From: Welwitschia mirabilis
Lineage: Eukaryota
Length of the DNA: 20,000 nucleotides
Direction of reading: 5' to 3'
Assembly (NCBI GenBank): GCA_051453625.1
Contig: JBOZIK010000001.1
Coordinates: 16,522,583-16,542,582, forward strand
Part shown: piece after piece, positions 1 to 11,539 of the stretch
How positions within the stretch are numbered: the first letter of the stretch is position 1
How the letters are laid out: each line of letters opens with the position of its first letter
Translations under genes and position numbers: made by a program
The notes under the pieces: model-generated
Databases searched by the model: none
Told to the model about the DNA's origin: nothing
What the model saw: the letters and a program-made list of their open reading frames with translations, nothing else

Positions 1-1450
1 ATGCACTTTAAGCAAGTTATAAGATGGCATAAAAAATTTAGAATGTTCTAGATAAAACATATGAAAGTACTTCTGTTGTGAAACAATCAAAGCTTCTCAT
101 ATGGATAAACTATTTTTAGAATCTTAAAATTAATCATTGAGAAAGATTTCATGAGTACTTCACTAGAGTTTCAAATATTGTGAATGCAACACATAGCATT
201 CTGAGAAAGTTTTCTAGAAGTAAAGGTAATACAAAAAGTTATTATATCTCTAACCCTTGAATATATCCAAAACTACAACTATAAAGGAGTTAAGAGATTT
301 ATATACTATAAAGATAGAAGAGCTACAAAGTGCTCTTACAGCATATGAAATGAACCTCATTCAAGATGAAGCCTTTAAAGAAAAAACCATTACTCATAAG
401 GTAAGTAAAAGCACAAAATATAATTTAAAAGAAAAGCAAATGAAGAACAAGAAGAAGAAAATTCTGATGATGAAGTAAATGAGGAAGTTGCACTTGTCAT
501 AAGGAGAGTAAAGAGACTTCTTTCTTATAAGTTTAACAAAAGAGATGAATTTATAAAACCATCTAGATTTCAAGATACAGATAAGTTTAAAGGTAATTCT
601 TCTAATAATACTTCTTTTTCTAATGTTTCCAAAGTTGAATATTGGGTATATGGAGGATAAGAACATATATTCTTAAAATGTCATAGTGCTAACAAAATGT
701 AGGACAAGGAATAAAAGAAAGAGTAAAAGGATAAGCTATCTTTCTTTATAATATGGAATAAAGATGAAGAAGAAGAAACATCTAATGATGAGAAAGCTCA
801 TCCTTCCTACATGGCTAATGCAAATGTTTAAGAAAAAAATGATGAGACAAAAGAAGAGTATGATTTATAAACTAAAGATAATACATGTATAGGTCTTTAA
901 AAAAGGCACAATCTATGTACTAAGATTAAAAAGTTACTTCATACTCATGAAAAAGCATATAAACTAGAAAAGAATGTTTGCAATAAATTATGTTCTAAAA
1001 ACTTGGCTCTTAAAGCTAATGTTAATAAACTAACACATGATTTAAAACATGTAAGATAGAACTATCAAATTCAAAGAAAATCAATGAAAACATACTTAAA
1101 TAAATGATACATTAAATATCATGCTTGAGCAATGTAGAAGTTTAAATGATGAGAGTGGCTAGGGACTTAATGAAGCCTCAACTATCACTTTAAGCTGTCT
1201 AAGAAATAAATGGAACTATAAGTCAAGGTATAAACATCTAATATTTACAAATAATATCATTTGCTATTGTTATCATAATAAAGGTTATTATCAATATAAA
1301 TGTCCAATTAAATTTAAAAATAGGTATTTATACTAATACTGCCAAGAGGCATGGTAAAATAATACATTGTTTTATGCAGGATAAACCCGAAAAAGTATGG
1401 GTACTAAAAGAAAAATTAGCACTTCTAGCACAAATTACACATACAGACAT
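1..1450 (+). pseudogene. gag: Copia/Sirevirus gag remnant (UBN2-type gag with two decayed CCHC zinc knuckles)
   Basis: Manual translation gives KTYESTSVVKQSKL...EYFTRVSNIVN. ORF 257-478 reads SKTTTIKELRDLYTIKIEELQSALTAYEM (cf. KVTAIEEAKDL..L.LDEL.GSL.TYE). Knuckle remnants are VEYWVYGG*EHIFLKC (~634-680) and IICYCYHNKGYYQYKCP (~1256-1306). PEKVWVLK at ~1386 matches Sirevirus K.WVPK. Many stops and frameshifts. Confidence 0.9.
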
Positions 1451-1459
1451 AAATAAGCA

Positions 1460-2105
1460 TATCTAGTACATTAATAGTGGATGTTTAAGACATATGATAG
1501 AAGACAAATCTAGTTTTACTACCTTGATAGAATAATATAGAGGAGTTGTAATCTTTAGACAGAATATGGAAGCACTGATCAAAGATATTGGTACTATTAG
1601 AGGATAAAATCAACTAGAGGTAAATGACGTTTTATGTGTAGAAGTTTTTTAATACAATCTCTTATGTGTAAGTCAACTTTATAATGAAAAATTTTTTGTT
1701 ACATTTACAAGATATGATTGCATTATTAAATAAAAATTCTAGCAAATATTTAATTACTAGTATAAGAAAAATGTATATATCACTACTCTAACAAATACCT
1801 TTAATAATGAAACCAAGTGTTTGTTCACTAAAATAAGAGAAGTAAAGCATTAACACAAAAAGCATAGTCATGAAAAGAAGAACTTGATCAAACGACAAAT
1901 GGTAATAGGATCTTGGGGGTTGAAAGTCATTCAAATTAGTGAATCATATAAAAAATACTCAATACAGTACAAAAGATACAACAAAGGCATCACAGTATAA
2001 TACCCAACTAATCTACATGGGATTGTATTCTCAAAATCTCTTGGTACTCAAAGGGTTATAAGGTTGTGTAGGAATTTGAGGATTGGGCCTTGCCCAATCA
2101 AGTAA
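1460..2105 (+). pseudogene. pol: Truncated copia pol: aspartic protease and GAG-pre-integrase/IN Zn-finger, fused to an RNase H C-terminal tail
   Basis: *YINSGCLRHMIEDKSSF (cf. WYLDSGCSRHMTGD) and NDVLCVEVF*YNLLCVSQL. Then KCLFTK...H*HKKHSH...LIKRQMVIG..GLK...SESY (cf. WHRRLGH...LV.GLP.LK..CE.C). Then KGITV*YPTNLHGIVFSKSLGTQRVIRLCRNLRIG* (cf. QLADIFTKPL...RF..LR..LG), with the stop at 2103-2105. Confidence 0.82.
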
Positions 2106-2285
2106 GTTAAGAGGTAATATTATTTAAATTATTAACTATGAATTGTACTTACCTTATGAGTTGAGATTATGATTATATGTAGTAGTAAAAGTTAAATAAT
2201 GTGCTTGTTATTTAATTTTTTGAAGTATTATTATTATTTTTGTAGTAGTTGTATATCTTCTTAGAAAATCTAAAAATTTCAGTAT

Positions 2286-2730
2286 ATACATCTTTAGTTT
2301 TGTAGATGTCTAGATTTGAGAGAATTCTTTAGATTTATAGATGTCTTAAAAGAAGACATCTTGAGTTTTGTAAACATCTTTGAATGGTAGGTACTTTATT
2401 TTAATTTTTTAAAATTGAGATCTTGAATTTTATAAATGTCTTAACAGTGGAAAAATGTATTGAAAAGTTTTTAGTAGAGAACATCTTTGAGTTTATATAT
2501 GTCTATTTTTTCCATTTTAGACATCTTTTAGGTTATAAACTTCTCAAATGTATTATTACAGAAATTAAAACACATTAAAAAGCTAGGATTTTAACTCATT
2601 TTATTTGAAAAAGAGGCCTTCAAATTTCATTTTCAAGTCTCCACTCAATAGATGTCTCTTTTAGAAATTTATTAATGCTCATTTTCTCAGATTTCATTGC
2701 CAAGACATCTTGGATTTGTGAGACATCTCC
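2286..2730. repeat. Array of AGACATCT/AGATGTCT octamers (decayed AGACGTCT palindrome) between pol and the env-like ORF
   Basis: Copies at 2286, 2304, 2321, 2339, 2354 and 2372 (spacing 18/17/18/15/18), plus about 2434, 2479, 2519, 2650, 2703 and 2721. Confidence 0.85.
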
Positions 2731-2833
2731 AAAGCAAGAAAGAATAGGATTTTTCATTACACAGGCACATATTTTTCATTGTTTCTTACATTTGAGTTAT
2801 TTTTTGGTTAGTTTTTTAATATATCTTGTAAAG

Positions 2834-4486
2834 ATGATTTTAAAAAATCAATCAATTCTTCTAGAGGTAAAGAACAAGCTTCAAATTAGCAAAGATCATA
2901 GTATGAGCCTTAGTTCTATCGTGAAGTAGCTATCAAAAGATATAGAATGTGAACAAGGAATTCTTTATAGTAAATAAGGCTCTTAAATTTTAGAGCTAGC
3001 ACAAAGATCAGCTTGTGGACTATTTTACTAGACTTAGTTGGGAGATGATCATTTGGACTAAAGTATTTTAGATCCCGTGGTCAGAGAGTTCTATGTTAAC
3101 ATTCATAAAATTAATGATAGTACAAGTGCCTTCCAAACTCAAGTGAATGGTACTTCATTGTATATTATTCTTAGTTTTGTTAATTTATTACTTGGCATAG
3201 ATAATTTAGATATTTTTTAGCTACATGTACACTTATTCAAATAAAATTTTACTTCTAGAGTTGTTAGTATGTTAAGGTAAAATATAAGAAATATTTTATT
3301 TGAGCATACTAAAATAAATTTTGTGGAAAACATAGAGAGGAAAGATATTATTCTAGATGCTTCAATTCTTAGTTTAATTATGTTTTATAATATTTTGGTT
3401 TGAGGAGGTAATTATAGCTATTATAAGCCAATGGAGACCTTTATAATTTTCTATTTTATTATTAGATTAAAGATAGATTTGAGTTTCATATTATTCATGA
3501 ATATTATCTCTCTATTTCATAGGGGTCAGACCTTTGGTTACCATTGTCTTATCAATGTGATCATTATCAATGTAAACATTTTTATTTCTTAAGCTGATCT
3601 TATTTGTTAGAAGAAATCATCAGCCAAATTTAGTGAGAAATAATGAGTACTAGTGACATTAGATGGGGACACAAGCAGGAGACCTTCATAGTTTTAGTGA
3701 TCTTATTCTACCACTACTCATAGTTCTTCATCTGTTAAAAAGTGATTAAATTCAATAGCTAAAATGGTTGGTAAAATTGGCAAAAACTTATTAAGGCTAA
3801 AAAAATATGACTATATAGCCATTGAAGGCACTAGCAGAAAGTTGGAAATCCATAAGGACTTCCACATGGTTAGATTTAGAAGGGGAAACAAAAGAAGAAA
3901 TAGTACATATAGCTTTACATGGCATAGGTTATAACTCTAGTAAAGTAGCTAATAGTGATCCTATAAAGGAGTTATTAGAAGATAAGGCATAAGCTTAAGG
4001 GAAGTACTAGGATTCTATAGATGTAGAGGTTAGGAAGAGCAATAGGATCCCAGTCCGTTATTATAGAGGTAGCAACAATAGAAGATAGAGTTTAAGATCT
4101 TAGATGTATAGCCTTTATCTTCCATCATCCATGTTATAATATTTTATTTCAACATCCTTCCCAACCACCATCACCTCCTAGAACTTCTTCATCACCACAC
4201 ATTCCTTATCCACCTCCATTATGTTCATCATTATTACTACCATCTTACATTGATCCCATTTAGGTGCCATGATTTCTACCATGTAATTACCTTCATCCTT
4301 CATAGAAATAGCCATAATTAGTTTTGTTGGGACATCCATCATTCCTCGAAAAAACCAACATATAAGGAGATATGCCTATGAAGGCCTAGATGAGACATTT
4401 CAGTGTCTTTTTAGGAAGCACCATCTCCACCATCTACATCCTCCCCATCCTATACCCAACCAACCTCTACCACCCATGACAATCAT
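2834..4486 (+). pseudogene. Decayed Sirevirus env-like extra ORF, copy 1, with a plant-transposon-protein-like N-terminal domain and a Pro/Ser-rich C-terminus. Its last codons lie at 15544-15567, beyond the Athila insertion.
   Basis: LDPVVREFYVNIHKINDSTSAFQTQVNGTSL...LLGI (~3069-3200) carries the VREFY.N motif typical of these ORFs. SILSLIMFYNILV*GG...MNIISLFHRGQTFGYHCLI follows (~3362-3560). A CCA/CCT/TCA-rich tract spans 4120-4480. It is colinear with copy 2 at 18209. Confidence 0.75.
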
Positions 4487-5729
4487 TATTGTGATGTGTA
4501 TTTGTCCTTCCAAAACCAATATTCTAAAGATCAAATTTGACTTACAACACTTAAAAAGATGATAATATAATTACACATAATACACATTTGCATAGTGGGA
4601 TTAATCCAAATGTCATGAACCTAGAGAAGAATTCTAAAAGTGAATTTGAAATTTTGATTTTAGAAAGAAAAGAATAATATGTTTTTCAATTTTTCTTTAT
4701 AGGAAATGAAATTATATAGTGCAAGGTTGAAAACAAAATGCAATGCAATGGAATGAAATCAAATGTAATGGAATGAAATGAGATGTGAATCTAATATAAT
4801 TAAGTAACTAAATTTCCAAACTATTATCAACTAGATTGGTTATTATAACCTATATCAGTTACAAATTCATGTCACTTTTATTGCAAGTAAGATAAGTTAT
4901 AAAAAAGAAATAATAAAATATTTAAAAAGAGTTCTAATTCAATCAACATTTTTATTAATAAAATTGAATTACATCTACTTACAACAACTCCTCAATGGAA
5001 GATTCATTGCTTAACATTAAGGTAGTCCTTCTTACAAGTAGGATGGATTTCCTTACTTCTAATAATCTTCAATCATTACAAGAATTTGGATGATAAAAGA
5101 TGATTTAGACTAAGGCTCAAGAGGGTCTATTTACAAGTTGGAATGAATGGCTAAGGGTCACTAAGGGATGTGAATTGAAAAGGCATAATCAAGATCTATT
5201 CTTTCATAAAAATTGGATTAGTTTTATAAATTGTTTTATTTATCATCCTTCATATCATTTCCATGACATGATGGACAATCACTCCAACTGTAAATTAACA
5301 CTCAACACATGTCGACCATTAAACCTTTGCTAACTATCATCTTAGGTATCATCCCAATGACATAAGGGATGATTGTTAAATCCTAACCTGCACCTATTTT
5401 AACATCATTTTGTAGTGGTTTTTCCAATGATAGACTAGATAACTATCATTTTGCATCAGTTGTCCCAATGACATGAGGGATGACAATTGTTTTACATAAG
5501 TTATCCCAATGACATAGGAAACAAACATTATTTCTTACTTAACTTTATCTTGATCATTGTGCTTTAGTCCATCATCTTGCAAAAATAGCTCTTTGTGTTG
5601 TAAATTGGTAAATGTCATGATCTATATGAAAGCTTTGCATAATTTGCATACATCTCTAGAAAACCTGTCAATAGGACCTAATAATGTACTTCACAAATGT
5701 GTTAAATAGGTTAACTTGGCTTTATAACA
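4487..5729 (-). repeat. Athila 3' (outer left) LTR, ~1243 bp
   Basis: Starts TATTGTGAT (decayed TGTTGTGAT) and ends TATAACA. Colinear with 14321-15538, with 48/60 identical bases over the first 60. Confidence 0.92.
4737..4785. repeat. (AATGN)n pentanucleotide microsatellite inside the Athila LTR
   Basis: aatgc aatgc aatgg aatga aatca aatgt aatgg aatga aatga. A homologous tract lies at 14571-14620. Confidence 0.9.
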
Positions 5730-5742
5730 TAGCCCTCAACCT
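5730..5742 (-). other. Polypurine-tract-like plus-strand primer site next to the left LTR
   Basis: The reverse complement AGGTTGAGGGCTA abuts the LTR start (TGTTAT on the minus strand). The same motif sits next to the middle LTR. Confidence 0.65.
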
Positions 5743-6507
5743 AGCATTTGTTAGTCCTTAACAAAGTAAGCAAATAACAAGTCACAAGCCAACTAACAAA
5801 ATGAGTAAGAAAAGAAAAAGAAACTCAAAATCTATATACAGGATCAAAATTAAGTTTTAAGTATAACATGCAAAATACATTGAATTTATTAAAAATAACA
5901 GGTGAAATATATGTATGCTATCAAGAATTAGTTTAACATTATCACATATATTTGTGTCAAGTAAAAAATTTTGGCTTATAAATCATGTAATATATGTGTC
6001 TATCACTCAAGAGTCATCTTGAATTGTATAAACCATGAATAAAGGTAAAAAAAAATTGATGTAGATATGAAAAATCAGGTTTTATGGAAATTCAATGTAG
6101 CCATGGACTAGATCCTATAAAAGCATGTTTTGAAGCATAAAAAAATGGTAAACTAGAGTAATCTCTCATGATTGTAAGGTCAAATGGTAGAAGAGGTTAT
6201 TAAAAAATATGTATATTATTAAGGAAAGGAGAGAATTAATTCTATCATGCTAAAGGATGATCATGACATATGTCAATTTTATTTCATGCATAATTGTCAA
6301 GTAATAATAAAATATAACAAGAAAACTAGAAAATGATGAATTTCTAAGCCCTATTTAAAAAAAAAATAAAAATTACTATGAGAATAAAAATCACCAAACT
6401 AAGATAAAACAAAAAGAAAAATGGAATAGACAGGGCATGAAGAAGATTAATATCCTTAACCCCTATCAACCACAATACACCATCCTAAAATTCAAACCTA
6501 TTAAAAA

Positions 6508-6607
6508 NNNNNNNNNNNNNNNNNNNNNNNNNNNNNNNNNNNNNNNNNNNNNNNNNNNNNNNNNNNNNNNNNNNNNNNNNNNNNNNNNNNNNNNNNNNNN
6601 NNNNNNN
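6508..6607. other. Assembly gap (100 N, probably a placeholder of unknown length)
   Basis: Run of exactly 100 N. Confidence 0.99.
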
Positions 6608-7380
6608 CAATTCTAATGCAATGAATTTAATTAAACTTCCAATCTATTATCACCTAGATTGGTCCTTATAACCTATTTCAATTATAAATTTATGTCAGTT
6701 AAATTGCAATTAAAATAAGATATAAGAAAGAACAATAAAATAGTTAAAAATATTTCAATTCAATAAACACTTTTATTAATGAAATTAAAGTACATCCACT
6801 TACAACAACAACTCTTCAATGAAAGATTCATTTCCTAACACCAAGGTGGTCCTTCTCATAAGTAGGATGGATTTCCTTGCCTCTAACAATCTCCAATTGT
6901 CAAAATAATGTAGATGAAAAAGATGATTTGAATAGGATCTAAAAGAATCGATTTATAGGTTGGGATAGGTCACTAAAGGGGGTGAAATGAAGAGGTACAA
7001 GTTATATCCACCCTTTCATAACAATTTAATTGAGATTACAAATTATTTTGAATGTCATCCCATGTGTCATCCCCATGACATAGAGAACACCCCATCTACC
7101 AACTAATGCTTAACACATGTTGAAAATGCTGACTATCATCCCGATCGTCATCCCCATGATACAAAGGATGACCAAATTGACTGTTGTCCCCTCTGTCGTC
7201 CCCATGACAGTGAGGATGACCAATATATCTTCATTACTTTTATTTAATTGATCATTATCCAAAAATGGCTTCTTGTTTCAAATATTATTGCATCTTTTGG
7301 TCTGTATAGAAAAAATTGTCAATAGGACCTAAACATGTACTTCACAAGTGTATTAAATAGGTTAAGTTGGCATCACAACA
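6608..7380 (-). repeat. Third (middle) Athila LTR copy, truncated by the gap; structurally distinct variant
   Basis: Homologous to ~4788-5729 and ~14620-15538 (e.g. AAGTAGGATGGATTTCCTT, TGTCAATAGGACCTAA). It ends CACAACA at 7380 and is followed by PPT-like TAGCCCTCCACT and a 3'UTR homologous to 5730-6190. Confidence 0.9.
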
Positions 7381-7392
7381 TAGCCCTCCACT
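7381..7392 (-). other. Second PPT-like site, next to the middle LTR
   Basis: The reverse complement AGTGGAGGGCTA directly precedes TGTTGTGATG on the minus strand. Confidence 0.65.
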
Positions 7393-8319
7393 TAGCATTT
7401 ATCAGTCCCTGATAAGGTAAGCAAATAACAATTTGTAAGCCAACTAAGAAAGAAACTCAAAACATGTATATCATATAGAATTAAGAGTACAACATGTGAA
7501 ATACATCTATGAAAAAGCATAAATGAAATTGATGTATATTATAAATCATTAAGTTTAACATCATAGAAAAGTTGCACAAATCATGAAGAAAAGGTAAAGT
7601 AGGGTAATAATTTCATGATTGCAAGGTTAAGTTATGTTTGGACTATGATTCAATCCATCTTTAGCATATGACAACCATAGTACTTTGATAAGATATCATC
7701 CAATAATCAATATACTCATATGCTCATGAAGTTTGTGCCTCAGAGTGATGGGAGTTTTAAGTTAATGAGATGTTGAATAGCATCATTCATTATGCTAAGG
7801 GGAATGCAACCACTTCGAAGAGAATGAGAACCAATAATTTGAAGCTAGATTGTAGCCAACTAATCCTCTAGTAGATTTTCCATAGTTAAAGGCCCCTCTT
7901 AAGAAAATTTACCTCAATATACTTATGGTAGTACATCATGGCATAATTTCAAGAGGGTGGTATTTTTTTCCCTCTCATATTTCCCTCTTGCTTTTTAGAT
8001 TTCCCTCTTGACTTAAACTTCAATTTTTGAAAGCATTGATTAATCATTAAAATGATGAAGTAATAAATTATATGATTGATAATAAAAATTAGATTAACAT
8101 AATTTATACTTTGTAATAAAATGAATAAGGATATTGACTATAGATAATAGAATATCTTAAGATTGGCTGAATCCAGTCTTTACCACATAAAAACCCAAAG
8201 TAAAGAATTACTTAATCATGGAAATACATATGAAAGTTAAACACAAATCATGTTAAAGATGATTAAGTAGTATCATAACTTAGACCAAAGAGTAAAACTA
8301 AGAAAGCATTTAGTAGATG

Positions 8320-9560
8320 TCCAAGAGGAGATCTTCCTTCTTGCAAAGAGGATATTCCAAGTTGATTGATTATATCATGTTCAAGGTATATGAACAATCA
8401 TCTAGAGATGTATAAAGTTTTAATCTTTATCCATTTACTTTTTACATTTCTTGAGTTTGAAGGTTAAAGATCTCAATAAAGCCACTAGAGTGAACTCTTT
8501 TTACATGATAATGACCAAGCCATTTAGAGATCAACGTGTTAGGTAAAAGATGCACTCAAGTATTATACAAAAGTATGAATTAATTTTGATTAAAGAATTT
8601 ATGGAAAATCTTTTTGTCATGATGAAATATGGCCTAGGAGTTTTGGATGAATTGTCTATGAATAGTACTCATCCTTTTCTCATCAAGGTGTTGAAGTTGT
8701 ACTAAACAATAATGAACATTCTCCTCATGATTTAATACATTACATTGTTGGATAGTATAATAAGAGTTGTAGTAAACATCAAAAGGTAGAACACAAATTC
8801 CATATACAAGTTCATAAGATGAGAATCTAATTGAATTATGCTAAGTAATATTGTAATTTTATAGCAAATCATTAAGTTTGAAAGAGTAAGATTTATTATT
8901 TCTAAAACTAAGTTTTTGGATTATCTTCTTAATCTCTCTATTAGTATTCCCAGCTTGACCATTTGTTTGAGGGTGATAGGCATTTGTAATTCTGTGTTTA
9001 ATTCCTATGGAAAGTATTAGTTTCCTAAGAATCTTATTAATGAAGTTGGTACCTTATCACTAATTAAGATTCTAGATAAGATAAACATATGAAATATTTT
9101 GGATTTTAGAAAAGAATACAGGGATTTAATACATTGGTTTGAGTAGGAATTTCTTTTGTAACATAGTCTATGGCTACCAAGATATAATTCTTATTACAGC
9201 AATTTGGTTTAAGAGGGCCTATAAATTCTATACCCCACATTAAAAGGTTCACATTTAAGGATAGGCTATAAGGGAATATCATGAGATTTAATTAGGCATC
9301 CAAAATGTTTACATGCATCACATCTTCACACATGATCAAAAGAGTCTTTGAAAAGGGTAGGCCAATAGAAGCCAGTATGAAGGATTTTGATAATAGTCTT
9401 TTGGCCACTAAAGTAACCTCCACATATACCACCATGAAAGAATGTTAAGTTGTTTTCACTCTGGCATACAATTACACATAATTTGATCTTTACATCTTCA
9501 ATAGAGGTATGGCTCATTCTATTCATAATCCCTTATTCTATAAAGAAAATATTTCCCTTG
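8320..9560 (-). pseudogene. Gypsy integrase remnant (H2C2 Zn-finger, rve core, C-terminus)
   Basis: ORF 9326-9526 reads FFHGGICGGYFSGQKT..KILHTGFYWPTLFKD. Also PFNVWGIEFIGPL (~9215-9250), YILVAIDYV, ILISDKGTNF, AYHPQTNGQAG (~8950-8982), LISKWLG and KVNG*RLKLY (~8410-8442). Confidence 0.93.
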
Positions 9561-9749
9561 ATTAGAAGTCCAATGCTGGGAGGCTTTGAAAATGATAAGA
9601 TAATTTATAATATCAACGTACTAAGAAGAAAGATGATTAGAGGATATAGAAAATAAATTATGAATGTAAAACAATTCTTTGTTAGGAAAGAAATCCTTAA
9701 TAGGAAGATTATAAGAGAAATGTAAAGGGTTCCTTTCTTAAGGGATTTT

Positions 9750-10125
9750 TAAAAGATGACCAGTGACATGATTATGTTTATCTTATTTATTTATGATGAT
9801 TAAGTTAAATTCTTGCATGAGAAGTATTCATTGAATAAGTTTAACACTCAAATCCTTTTTTGTCATAAGATAGTAAATGGCTACATAATCAATGTAGACA
9901 TTAGTATAAAACTAAGAAGGTAATGTCTTAATTTATCAAGGCAAAAGATGATAGCACGCATTTTATTTTTACTGGTAGTATAGTTCAATTGAGCTCTTAA
10001 AGGGATTTACTAATATAAGAAATAACTTTATATCTCTTTCTATGTTTTCATCCTAAAACTCCACCTATAACATTTCTATCATCACACATTAACTCAAAAT
10101 ATATGGTCCAATTTGGACCTCCTAC
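9750..10125 (-). pseudogene. Gypsy RNase H remnant
   Basis: PNWTIYFELMCD, AQLNYTT, KLIQ*ILLMQEFNL (cf. RLIRWILLLQEFDL) and NHVTGHL (cf. NVVADHLSR). Confidence 0.9.
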
Positions 10126-10149
10126 AGAGGGTTTAAAAGTGTTTTTGTT

Positions 10150-11010
10150 CTTAATATTTTTAAAGGTGTTTTGACAATATTTTCTTCAATTAAACTTGAT
10201 GTCTTTTTCAAGGAGGGAATAAATGGGTTTACAAATCTTGACATACTCCTTAATGAATCTTCTATAGAATTTGGTAAGGCTAAGAAAGGATCTTACTTGT
10301 TTGACATTAGTTGGAGAAGAGAAATTCTTGATGATGTCTATCTTAGAAGGGTTCATTCTAATACCATTACAAAAAAAAATGTGGTAACAAAGTACACTCC
10401 CATTCCATAGAAGTAAATGACTCTTCTCTTAATTAAGATGAAATTAACTCTTTATACAATAGTCAAGGACTTTTCTAATCTTTTTAAGATTTGTTCAAAA
10501 GAGCTGCCAAATATAGAAAAATTATCCATAAAGATCTCAATAGAATCCTCAATCATATCTGAGAAAATGCCCATCATGGCTCTTTATAAGACTTCCAGAG
10601 TATTACATAAGCCAAAGGATATTCTTTTAAGATTAAAAGTACCAAAGATGAAGGTTGTCTTAGTTTGATCTTCATTGGTAATTCACACTCACATATAAGC
10701 ACTATATCCATAAAGGAAGTAATAGTAAGCATGGCCTTGGATCCTATCAAGAACTTGATTAATAAAAGACAAGGAGCAATGATCTTGCTTAATTACATCA
10801 TTGAGTTTCCTAAAATAACTTCATACTCATCACTTTCCTTCCTTTTAGAGTACTATAGTAAGAGGATTAACCCATTTACTATTCAAAATGGCATAGATAA
10901 TATCTGAATCCATAAGTTTAATGATTTCATTCTTGACTACTTGCTTAATGATAGGATCAAGTCTTATTTCAGGTTGCCTAATTGAGTTTAGTATTTTTCC
11001 TCTATGTAAA
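10150..11010 (-). pseudogene. Gypsy reverse transcriptase remnant
   Basis: IRQPEIRLDPII (cf. PVRQPQRRLNP), NSKWVNPL, RISFGLCNT (cf. RMPFGLCNA) and EIFMDNFSIFGSSF (catalytic FMDD decayed to FMDN, ~10500-10540). Confidence 0.93.
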
Positions 11011-11539
11011 TTTTATGTTAAACAATATGAGGAGGAATAGCACTAAGATCTTTATAAGTCCAAGAAAAAGCTTCTATTTTTGAAATAAGAAGTTGAATCA
11101 AAGCTTTTTCTTGGGAAAGATGAAGTTAATAACTAATGATCAATGGTTTATTAGGATTATTATTTAAGAAAATGTATTTCAAACCATTAAGTAAGTCTTT
11201 ATGTTGAAGATCATTTTCATCCTTCATAGTCATGGAACACTCATCTTGATGTACAAGATTTTTAATGGATCTTAAATGTTGGATATCATGATCAAGTATG
11301 GGTTCAAAGTATTCATGAAAATCATCATCAGAAGAGTGGTTTAAGGGATCTTAGTTCAGGTTGCAAGGATTGGAGAAGTTTAAATATTTAAGAATAAACA
11401 AGTTAGAATTATGTAATGAAAGAAGCCTTTCTTCTAAAGGATGATGTTAAACTAATATAGAGGATCTAAATTTTTATTTTATGTCTAATTCATCTCCCAT
11501 GTCTTTTTTAGTGTCATCGAGTACTTAGATGCTAAACTT

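Noticed and set aside
394..666. 90-aa minus-strand ORF
   Set aside because: It is antisense to the A-rich gag sequence and has low-complexity F/I/L content.
2675..2929. 84-aa ORF as a gene
   Set aside because: It covers the palindrome/leader region and leaves the frame conserved with the paralogue (GKEQAS...YEP).
4737..4785. Human satellite III-like (GGAAT)n or contamination
   Set aside because: The tract is short, sits at the same position in both outer LTRs and is an integral LTR microsatellite.
10171..10907. Three consecutive + strand ORFs, plus 9450-9656, resembling an operon
   Set aside because: They are antisense shadows of the minus-strand RT and integrase remnants.
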